A stretch of DNA of 64,000 nucleotides from assembly GCA_000934665.2 (NCBI GenBank), contig KZ537956.1, positions 124,001 through 188,000 of the forward strand, written 5' to 3'. The notes under the pieces are model-generated. The model was not told the origin of the DNA. It did not search any database and saw nothing but the letters and a program-made list of their open reading frames with translations. The DNA is from Catajapyx aquilonaris. Lineage: Eukaryota. Below are positions 36,326 to 47,839 of this stretch, in pieces. The number at the start of each line of letters is the position of its first letter. The stretch's first letter is position 1. Position numbers and translations under genes: made by a program.

Positions 36326-39300
36326 TGGGCCTAGAATATTTTTTTTCGCAAATAAAGTATTTAACAAAGCGAAATACTCGTCTCAATTAATATTTACATA
36401 GGCCCGCCCGTGATTAGAGTGCGGCTGCAAAACCCTTTTATTTACAGTCAGCAGCATATAAAGCAGTCTGATCCCTAAAGCCCATTGTGCAACCCTTAAT
36501 GCTTCACACCATGCTAAAATTAGTAGGCTTTACATAATGAATTCACCCTTCCCCAAAAATGCTGCCTGATCCGAAAAAAAACTTTGTAGCTTCAACTGTC
36601 ATTTGTGATTCAGAATGCTGCAGCATTGCGATGCCAAAACACATAGCTGGAGCTGAAGGCCTGTGCTGTGTATGCACTGGGGCCAAGTGGGTTACTTTTT
36701 GTGTTCGTCGAAGCAAGATATTGGTATGGCAATCGTTGGACGTCGGTGCTGCATGTGCACGGCGGGTTGATTTCATGTCGAGTGGCACACTGGAGCCCAG
36801 CCTGCCTGCCTGTCACCGGGGAATGCCAGGCTTCGCTCAAACTCTCTCGTATATATAGTGTGGGGGAGGGATTCTCTCTCCCACCCCAGCACCACCATCC
36901 AAGTCCAGCACTTTGTGCCAGATTATTTGACATGCACATCGCTCGACGGGGTGTGAATTCCGGCACTCAGTAATACACATAGGAGATCCTCCACATCAGT
37001 TATTGTTGGCATACACAGGTACTACGTGGACATCCAATGTGACGCATGCGTCATTCGGATTGTAATAACTGGACAACTTTTGCGTCGCGTCGTGGTCTCT
37101 CATCCAGAAGTAATCTTTCGGTACCGTCGTCGTCGTTTTCTGGTGGGGGAGTAGCAGGCAGGCCCTCCTTCCAATTCGGGCTTGTTTCCCTCTTTTCACA
37201 CCCGGCTGAACCACCTCATCGGATGCGTGATCGTCCATTAAGCCATATACCGTGGGATCCATGATGATTTGTAAATTAAATTTGGCCAACTGCCAAGCTT
37301 GCTGCCAAGCCCTGCAAGGCGACTGCTATACTTCCCCCAGACGTGAACAGATGACACCACTATATATGCTTCTAATCTGTCGCGTACACACAACACAAAA
37401 TAGTTGCATTAATTATGACTAGTTGCAACTTAAGGTCGTGACACTTGGAAAAAAATAGCGCATCTGGTACCTGGTATAAAGTGGGTTAATGCTTTTTAAA
37501 AATAGCGCATCGTGATAACCGTTTGAACAAAAAAAGTGGCGTAGATTATCGTCCTGGGACGCTACAATTATTTATCAATTTTCAACCCCAAAGCAGGCAC
37601 GCAATGGGAGCTTAATTACCTCAGTGAATGTTGATTAATGGCATTTAGGAAATTCACTGCCGATGGCATGGTGTGGCGACCATGTTTTCCCACATCTGCG
37701 TAATAACTATGATTACATAGTTTAAATCCTTGTTGATTTAAGTTTTCACAGGCACTTGTTGCGTGCTCGTATCGGTGGAATCTGCATGAGTAGCTCTGTA
37801 TGATGATTGCTGAATTCGCGATAATATTCCGCGATACGCATGTACAGTGCACGACCGATTCGCTCTGTTGGTCAAACACTAAAAATAACAATAAGTTTAT
37901 CCTGATATTAGAGTCTCGGTGATATATACAACAACGAACAATGGCTGTGTTTTTGTCCTGCAAGTGGGTTGTTTCTTTTATCTGTGAAGGATTTGTGGTG
38001 CAGAGTATTGTTCATGACACGTTGAACAAGGGTGATGCATCTCTTCTTTGCAAATGAATTCCGTCGCCTTACTGCTGAAGGTCAGCCTCTGCCCTTCAAC
38101 GTTCATCATGGTGCCTGACAAGACATGGACGGCACTCGAGATATATTGGACTCAACAAAAAGACCCGCAGCCTCAGACCGAGGCATCAAAAGCCAACAAT
38201 GCCCTCCTTGTAATTGTAATGCACTTAAGTTGGTTCATTCATAAGTGTGTATGAATTTCATTTGTTGCCATTAAATAAACACGCCGGATGTAAAATGCAT
38301 AAAGATCGTTGTGTTTGCCAGTGCTACAAAGCTTACTAGCATGTTTTAGTAAAAGCACCAGAATTAAAAATCCATGTCTCTTAAATTATTCATAACTACT
38401 GTAGTACAGTGCACGAGTATACAAACTGCATCTTGGTAAATAACACGCCCTGAAAAATGTTTAAGCCAGCTAGTATATAAGCTGGTTAATTGTGATTGTA
38501 AACAATGCTCTCTTGTAGCCATTTTCTTCGTATCATTATGTCATTGTTCCCCTCTTTCAGGTCCACCCTCAACAATACCCGGGTCCAACCTGATGATTCC
38601 TCCCTCCTTCCTCCGGGGCAATATCAGAGCCGTTAGAGTAGGCAGGCACACTTTTATTAGTCTATTAACTATGGGGTTTAGTGTAGTTGTGGAGGAATTT
38701 AATCAATAAGGAGGGGCATCCGGGATGGTTCTCTGTCACCATCGGAGATCCAAAGTACCAATTGCACTCTCCGGGACTCTTCCCCAGCCCTCCTCGCACT
38801 CCCTAAAACCCTCACGCAAATGACTCTCTCGGATAGAAAGCTACCCTCCCCCCCCAAAAAGGGAGACAAAAAAATATAGGAAGGATGTAAGTGCTACTTC
38901 GTCTGGACCTCCCAATCAAGGCAGGGGGGGGGACTCTATGGGACATCCCCTCCTCTTCCTGAATCTGTCCTAAATCAAATCAATATCCATTACAGGGTGG
39001 GATGAAATTTCATCAAGAAAATCCTCCCTATTCTTGCACTCATTTTTTATCTTCCCTCTGTCTGTCTGCTCCTATAGTTTTTACCCTCCTGCTTGTCGAT
39101 GCGCCCAATATTAAGCCAATTTCACAAAATTATGGTCGTGAAATTCTTTCTAACGACACCCAAAAATGAGCCATGGTCTAGGGGAAGAGCAAAAAAGGAG
39201 CCAGCGAAACAAAACACATGACTGGCAAATCGCATTAGAGGGCAAGTTCAATTGACTCTGAGAGAATCCGGTTATAAGACAGTGGCTCCAAAGATATTGG

Positions 39301-40659
39301 TATAAACTGGGGAAGGAATTGTTCCTGCTCAAATTCTGTACGAATATTTTGCTCAACAGCGACAGTCCGACAGAATCAGTCACAAATCTGAGTCCGGTTG
39401 AATCGCACAAAAAATTGAGCCAAACCACTTCCAAAATTGGCTCCCAATGTTTCCGGAAATTGCGGTGAAATGGATGCTTACGGGAGCATCCCCGGAGCAC
39501 TGATCTTGGGAGCTTATCTTGCTTCCAGTTTAATGGTTTCTATTTGCTTTTGCTGTGCGGCGAGCGGCGGCGGCGGAAAGCGCCAGAGCATTGAAATTCA
39601 AATCACGCAGGCCTCTCCTTTCGACGCCGAATCGCATTTTTCATGCGCTCTCCACCAAATAAGGTTCTCCAGCCAGCTTCTTGATCGATTAGACCTAGGG
39701 AACGACCCCACCTATGCCTATAGAGAGCATGAAGAAACCATGCACAAAAAATAGAGAAGGTACGCACCATGCTGCGTAGAACAATTTTTAAGAATATTTC
39801 GCTGTGGTAATTTGGCAACCATATCCAGTGACACACCGGTAATTCATACATTTATCGTCATCAGTTGGAGGAACGTACTGATAGTTGTAATGATAAGGTC
39901 AGCTGTCATCACGGAGCGCTCAACCATATGGTCAATCACAAAGTGAAATTTATCGAAAACATGCCCGTGACACATCAGGATTCCCACTACAATAGTTCGG
40001 CGTGAATAAATGGCGCGTCCATTTAGTTTCACGGATTAGTGCAGTGGGGCCCCACAGTTGATCCCCGCACATTAAATGTGTCACAGGGGCCAATCTAATT
40101 GCGGAAACTGCATAATTGGACTCTCAGAGAGGTCACTACTACATGCAGCACAATTGAGCGCAAATTATGGCATCAAAACGCGCGTTACACGGTGTTTATA
40201 AACACCCAGAAAAAATTCGCAAATGTCACCCTTTTCCTCCCCCCCCTAAAAAAAGACATGGAGTTTCCCTGTGTATAGCCCCGTACAAGAGCCCCGAATT
40301 AAAGTTCTTGGTAAACACGTCGTGTACCCGCCCAGAGGTGGGAGCTGAAAAGACCGCAAATGAAAGGCGTGGGATGTCCCTAACGACAGACTCATTTGAT
40401 TCAATTCCTCCTGAAAATTTACCCGGAGACGAGTCGTTAGTCGCTTCCAGACGAATTTGGGCGCCATTTTCACGAATCAACACATTTTTACACATTCGAC
40501 ATTTTCAAATTTGGTGACAAAAAAAGGCAGTGTCCGATGCATTTTTTACCCGCCTCGGCACGCAAAGCTCACTAATTAAAATAAACACCACCTGTATCGA
40601 TTTGCGCAGCTCCATTTGGTTCACCGTCGGTAATTTGTGTAACTTTGGTCCAGCTATTT

Positions 40660-40681
40660 GGGAAGGGGGAGGGGGAGGGGG
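40660..40681 (+). other. Potential G-quadruplex-forming sequence
   Basis: GGG-AA-GGGGG-A-GGGGG-A-GGGGG. Confidence 0.6.
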
Positions 40682-41978
40682 TAAATCCGGGGCCGGTCCG
40701 GAAATTTAATCACGGGCATTGGTTTTGAGATGACTTTAATTCGACACACGCTCGTTAGTTTTACTACAGCGTGATGCAGACACCCATGAACGGGTCGGAA
40801 CAACAAACAAGATTAACTTTCTGTGACAGACGACACCGCACATTGTCCCGGATTACTCTCTTTGCACAGTTTGCGCCCGGTGCAATTAGCGCATGTACCG
40901 ATAAGCAATCATCGCAAGTCGTCTGTTGGACTTGGGAATTCAAACCCTGGCAGAAGCCATTTCCCCCCAAAAACCAGCCCCAAAGTGCAGGGGCATGTTG
41001 GCAACAGTATAATGACATTCCAGACAGATCAACAATCACCGGCACATGCCTTTGCTTTCGATATTGGCAGGCAGGGGGAGCCCTCGCCTTTTCCCCAACA
41101 CAACCCCGAATTCCAAGCCCCCATAATGTCCCAACAAACAAGAGGTGGCCCCAATATCAAAATAATACTCACAGTTCCACCGCAGATATGTGTTCACGCA
41201 TGGGTGAGTTGAAACATCGCCATCTGCAACAATGGAAAACATTGCGTGTGAGAGAGAAAGTCTCCCATGTGGAAACATAGTATTAATGCGCCAAAATTGA
41301 CACCGCAGCATTAGGCCTACCGGCTGTCACATGCGGTTCGAATTTCCGCCGAATCGGAGGCGACATAATTGCCCGTGACAATTAGGAAGTTGGGGGGATT
41401 GATTTGATGCCCTTCATGAGCATTAACCATGAACAGCTGATGTCACACAGGATGGGCAATCATCATTATCGAAACAGAGATCCGATTGTACGGCGGCCAT
41501 CGATTGTGGTCGCCCCAATTGTTATTTACAACACTCGCATAATATGGCTTACACCCGTGGTCACTCAATATGAAATTTGCGTCACATTTCACTAAACACA
41601 CCGTCTGTGCAGAGTGCAATCAGACGGCTTGATGGAACTCCAAATTCGAACTCCGAGTTTGTAGTCGAAATAGAAATTGCAGTTTTCCCCCCCCACTGCA
41701 CAAGCTCTAGCCCTAGGGAATAGGTCACCCTTCGAATTTCGCACTCACCCGAAAACCAAGATCTCTTCTTCCCTCGCCCCTAGCTCCAACAAGACACCCC
41801 CTCCAAATCCCCACAAACTCTCCCAACAAGTTTTTGGTCCAGATTCCCGATGCAAATCTGGGGGGGGAGTCCACTTGTCAGTCCTCCTTCTCCCCAAACT
41901 ACCAACTACTGATGTCAACTTCCCCACAGCAACCCCTAGGCTTTCCATCTAATAAACTTTCACACGACATCACCAATC

Positions 41979-42015
41979 CACCCAAGAATATCGATATATC
42001 GCTAAATGGCATATC
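41979..42015 (-). repeat. Dispersed 37-bp repeat, copy 1 (inverted relative to 47744-47780)
   Basis: Minus strand reads GATATGCCATTTAGCGATATATCGATATTCTTGGGTG; 32/37 identical to copy 2, ungapped. Confidence 0.8.
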
Positions 42016-42343
42016 AAAGATGGCGCGGGCGGTTTGAAAAAAAAAAAGACACTAGTTTTATATGTATAAAAAAGGGAAGAATGCATCATTTCAGTGTTGC
42101 AGGAGTGTATATAGACCACCTATGGATTTGGAGACGCAAGGCAGGCTGCGTCTTTTGTACGAGGCACAGGAACGAACGAAGTAATCTGAATCCCAGCGCT
42201 CGCCATGCATAACGTCAAGGCTGATTCACTCTCTTTGTCATTGGAGGTTTGTGCGGGGGCCTCTCCAATCATCATCATCTGATAGACCTGGCTAAGGTAT
42301 ATACAGCCAGGGATGCTCCTGGGCTGGGCTGGATGGAGAAGGA

Positions 42344-42363
42344 GGGAGGGAGGGAGGGAGGGA
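42344..42363 (+). repeat. (GGGA)5 repeat, G4-capable
   Basis: Sequence reads gggagggagggagggaggga. Confidence 0.9.
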
Positions 42364-44350
42364 TTGCAACTTCCATTTCCAGCAGACAACCGAGTGGGAA
42401 ATCTCTGGAGAGAAGGCTTGACGAAACCTTCTCCCTTACATGCACTTTCCACCTAATTCGCCCCAAACCGCGGGAAAGCCATTTTCTCTCAAGGAAGGAG
42501 GGTCCAAAACCCAACCTCCATTTGCCTCATCTGCATTTTCCCCGGTGTGTGATTAGCACAGGCTCCCTCTCCTTCTCTCTCCCTCTCTTCCTGCTTCTCC
42601 CTATATTCCTCCTTATTCGCCAGAAGGCTCACCCGAGGGGAAGAAGCCAGAAATGGAAAGAAAAAGCCCAGGCAAGCAAGTGGAGGAAACCCAGATAAAA
42701 AAAATAACTGTTTCATTTCACTTTTCAGCCACTCACTTTCCGAATCCACCATAATTGAATCGGCTTGGAAATTCATCAACAATAGACTACTGTACGAGTA
42801 GCTACTGAAAAAGGTACTTACTAAACCCACGGTTTGATGGAATTACAGTGAACAGTCGGTACATAATGTACTGTAGAATTCACTAATTGTAATTTCGATT
42901 TTAGCATCTGGTGTACCATATAGATACAATGACATATTGTCACAAATGTGTTTATCACGCCAGCTCATTACGCTGTTTCAGTTCATTGGTGATTTGGGAT
43001 ATGGCTAAACAGTTCGAGCAATAATGTTATATTAATTCTAACGCCCATGATTGTTACAGGTTCGGAACAGTTTAAAATGTTTTCCCAGCACAGTTCGTGA
43101 TTTAATATTCCTATTGTGTGAGCAACCATCCAGTGAACTGCAACTGCACATGTGCACTAACACAACAAAATCCATAACTCATTTTGAAGTTTCAGCACCG
43201 TCTAGCGCGCCAAAAAAAAGTCCCAACCTCACTTATTCTACACCCACAGAATAATGAAAACCCGGGTCCTACATTCATGCCAAACACGCATGCAACCCGA
43301 ACTATAATTACACTAACTGATATGCATAGTAAAGCGTGGGGGCGGGGGTGGCTGTACACCCTCGTCCTCCAGGGAATGTTTAGCCAGCATGGCTTATGAG
43401 CCACATGGAATCACAACACGTATCCTGGGGACTCTGTGGGGGTATGGTCTCTGAGGGTTGTGGCCATTCGATTGCCATTCGAACACCACCAATATGCCAT
43501 ATCCATACAATATACTGCGTGCGGTCTGCATATAATCATTAATTCGCTTTTATAAACGCCGCTTCTCCGACTATTTATAGCGGTGTAATCGGAGTTTACA
43601 ACTTCCCCCGGCTCTCCGCGACTAGCAGCTCGGGCGGATGTATAGGCTAACTGCGACTAAATAAGCAGCAGATTAGCTGTGTTTTGACATGTGCTCCGCG
43701 TCACTGGATTAAGCTCGCAGAAAAAGCTTCCGCCGGAGTAAATTTGCTTTCACTCTTCCAATTCATGCGCGAATGTGGAGTAAGAGATTTAATTTCCGGC
43801 ACGTCTGATGATATGGGAACCGGCAGTTTTTTTAAACTATAAAAGCGAGGAGAAAACTGAACAGCACGTATAAAAACCTAGCTTTACGTTGGGGCTGAAA
43901 AAAAAGGCATGTGTTTGCTCTATCTGCTTAGAGACGGCTAACTTTTTTTTCAGCTCTCTTTCTTGCTTCAGGTGCATTTAATCGGTATTAGGCCTTTGGC
44001 GTGTGTGCTCCGAAAATAAGGCGGGCCTAGTATCTCGCAAAATTAAATTCCGTTGTAAATGCCCCGAGCAGAACTAACATCCAGACTTTAATCTATGACC
44101 TCATCGATTGCTTTCGATTAGGGTGGGAGGATGGGGGAGGCAATGGCAAGAGATGGAAATCCCTGTAATACTTTTGTTGACCTAAAGGTTTAATCTAATG
44201 CAAAAACAGCTATCATTAGCCCACAGTGCGCCTGCTCTCCTTGCTGATGAGGATAGTTTGCACTTCAAAGTGGCTAGACACATCTCATAATGTCACATTT
44301 TGAACTATCATAATTTTTCTTCAAAAAAGACACACGCCTTATTCCACAGC

Positions 44351-44423
<73 letters not shown>
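44351..44423 (+). repeat. (ATA)24 microsatellite
   Basis: 73-nt perfect repeat. Confidence 0.97.
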
Positions 44424-44426
<3 letters not shown>

Positions 44427-47000
44427 TATCCGACATATTATAGTGGACCACTAATCTATTGCTCATATGTGCTCATATGCGTGCATATACAACCAGAAGT
44501 ACATTAGCTTCATATCCATCAAGTTTATGATAGCCAGGGCACAAATTAAAGACGTCTTCCCCCTCCCGAGCATAATCCGGCTCACGTTTTTAACTAGTGC
44601 TTTAGGACAAATTTACGTTTGTGCCAGCAATCATAGCTGATAATCTCCCATTTATTATGACAATAACCGGTAACAATCATGCAGATACAGACCGCAACGA
44701 TAGTGCAAAATTCAAGCCCGGGACAGGTCTCGATGGGACCATAGGACTATAATTAGTTCTGCATGGGTAATCACCGCGAATTTATAAATAATGTCTACAG
44801 TTTGTTATAGAGTGTAATGGCGCTGCCGGGTTCCCCGACAGCAAAGAATGACAAGTGACAAAAATTCAGATCGGAATCGACACCCGAGCCTCTTAAATTC
44901 GCATGCACCCTACGCCTCACCGCTAATAAAAGAGGCATTTCGGGTGATTTGCGACAGGAATTACCCTTACAAACCCAGGGTAGAGAAAAGGGAGAAAAGG
45001 GGCATTTCTCCCAGCGGGAAGTGTATGGGAAGGAACTCATCGACGCCTAGATTCCACGCCACTTTTCTTTGCGGAAGTCTCCAATAATTTACTCCACTAA
45101 CAATAATACTTTCAGGAGTTCCCACTTTTTCATCTCCTTCTCAGCGATCCATCGTACTGGGCTATCTTCCCGCGGGTACCCAAAAAAATGGCGAGAGAGG
45201 GAAAAAAGGCATTTTAAGTGTCCCTGATGGGCCGTTATTCAAATTTCCATCACCTCCCCTTCCCTAGTCATAAAAAGCCAAAGACCTCATACCCGACCGT
45301 GGTAATTAAAAAAACAGCACTGCAATGGGAACAATCGAATTATCTGAATGCTAATTAACTTTTTTTCGCCCCAAGGTAGCCCAAGTGACAAGGTAATACT
45401 ATTGAGAGTCGTTACAGCCAAGTTATTCCGGACATAACGATGAGTGTCCCCGGGACATAAAAACACTGCCAGGGCAAATGAAGGCCGAGTGCGTACAGAG
45501 AGGTAGTACATTTGTCGCAAATATTGGCCCGAGCTGCTGTTAGGGTTCATTGCGTGTCTCCTCTGTGCCAAACGGCATAATATATACATGCAATTTGTTT
45601 GCTCCCCTCCCGCAGCAACAACTCCCTTTGGTTGTGGTTGGACTGTCGCACTGAAAACGATTATGTCCCTTGTTTGCGAGGGGACAAGATGCAAAAAATA
45701 GAAATGTAAGGGAGGGAGGGTCATAAAATAGAAACTCGGTACTAATTACGCAGGCCGCAGGAGCTTTTAGAGTCGAAGTAATGCCGAATGACTCTTGTGC
45801 TCGCAACTTGCTAAATTACCTCGTACTTTGATCAATAATGCGCCCCACTATACTATATAGTGTGGCACTATGAAAAAATAATACCACAAGTCGCTCCAAC
45901 TTGCACGGTGCATTAATTACAAAGTATAATAATTATTGTGCATTGCTGCATCATGTTACTAGTCCTTTCATGAATCCGTATAAACCTGGAAAAAAAACCT
46001 CTACCCCGCAGCATTTGCATTTGACCGTGTGCTAATTGATAATAAAAATAAAAAAGCGTTGTTTCAACCGAGCAAAACGCTTACCGCGTATCGGAAAACT
46101 GCTCATTTCCATTCGGCATAAATCATTGCTCCAGGAAAAAAAAACGAGTTCACGGATAGTTTTCAGCATCCCCTCCGTGTATATAGCATCCCATATTATT
46201 TTTCCATTCATGCAAGGCGCCAGTTTCACTTCAGGGTAAGGGCAGCGCAATGGCCAAAGGTTACCGGCTTTGGCCAATATCCCAGATGGACCAGTTGGGA
46301 GCAAAACACCACGCACTCTCTAGCTATTGCCTGCTATATAGGCTGGTCCAGATCGCAGCCTCCCTGCTGCTACCTTGTTATTGTTGTTAGCAAAGCGACT
46401 ATATCCAGTCTTTGCGTAAACACAGCCGGTTGGAAACAGATACACGACCCCTGGTTGCACGGGAAATATTATCTGTCGCTGTGCAGCTGTGTTGACAAAT
46501 AGGATAACTCATTTTCCCCACTGGACTACCCTGCCAAATGTGGTTATTGCCCTGTTGCATAGCCTAAGAGTCGACTGACCAAACAGCCACTTACAACCTG
46601 GACAGTAGACACTGACCGCAATCTAAACATGCAATGTTTAAATGTTCATTACGGTTCATTGTCCATATAGCTAAAGCCGTCTGACCGATCCAGGTTTCTC
46701 TGACATCACAGTGTGTTTTTTTGCATCGAATCCTTTCCCTTGTTGTTTTCTCTAAATAATGCCGCCCCGACCACTCTGAATGGCTTGCACTACCTTTCAA
46801 TTGTCAACAACAGTAAGTGCTCTTTTTGGGAGGCCGACTACAAAACACTTCCGACGGACAAATACAGCCACCGTAGTCAGCGAGAGTCGCCTGGCGGCCA
46901 AATCACTCAGCACACATTTCCCAGCTGATACATTAGTGCTATGCAATGTAATTGGGCGTTCCCTCAGGATAGGGCGGGAATACTGCAGACTGAGTTAGCG

Positions 47001-47057
47001 CTCTCTTCTTTCCCCCCCCCCCCCTCTTTTTCTTTCTTCCCCCTCCCTCCCTCCCCC
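47001..47057 (+). repeat. 57-nt pure polypyrimidine tract including C13
   Basis: Only C/T from 47001 to 47057; C13 at 47012-47024. Confidence 0.9.
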
Positions 47058-47739
47058 AACGCCTTTTTTTCGAGAGAGGGGGGTGGAGGAGAAAAGGGTG
47101 TGATAATGGTGGGCGGCAATAAATCCCCTTTCCTCTTGTGTGAAACCAATGGCGTACAGATAAGGACGGCCAGGAGGGCCTGCCAGGGGTGATAAGAGAA
47201 GCCTCATCCCACCACTTCTTTTTTTTTTCCAAATTCGAAATACTGGAATGGAATTTTCGCCACACACACCACCTCTCAACACAGGGAGCCTAAGAGCGGT
47301 TGAGACAAACATGGCTGGTTTCATCAGCAAGCCTAAATCATACGTGCTTTTTGGGTAGCCTCCACATCACCCTCTCTCTATGCAACATTTGTGTTTTTTC
47401 CGGGTTGGCCCAAGGGCCTAAAAAGCAGCGTGATGGTCAAGGCACACACAATGGGGGCCAAATCCATTGAAAGGGAGCTGTACGCACAATGGCGTGGCCA
47501 CAGCCCGATAATTCACCACAGTTAGCAATTCCACTGGGCTACATACACACACATCCACCCTCCATCCCTCCACACACTCCATAAAGGAACACGCTGCCCT
47601 ATTACCAACAACGATTATCTAAATTAGAAACGCCGACTCATTGCTTCCCTCGCAGGTACGCAACTATGGATCATTACCACATTTTCAACAAAAAAATCCC
47701 TATAAAACAAGATTATTTTTACAAATTGAGCTCCTTGAT

Positions 47740-47839
47740 TATCGATGTGCCCTTTCGCGATATATCGATATCCCTGGGTGACATCATTGGACGTGATTCA
47801 TTCACAAGTAGTCCTAATTTGTTATTTATATCGATATAA
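47740..47839. promoter_or_regulatory. Cluster of DRE (TATCGATA)/CGATA motifs
   Basis: TATCGATG at 47740-47747; TATCGATA at 47763-47770 and at 47829-47836 (inside the palindrome TTATATCGATATAA). Confidence 0.35.
47744..47780 (+). repeat. Dispersed 37-bp repeat, copy 2
   Basis: Reads GATGTGCCCTTTCGCGATATATCGATATCCCTGGGTG; 32/37 identical to the reverse complement of 41979-42015. Confidence 0.8.
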
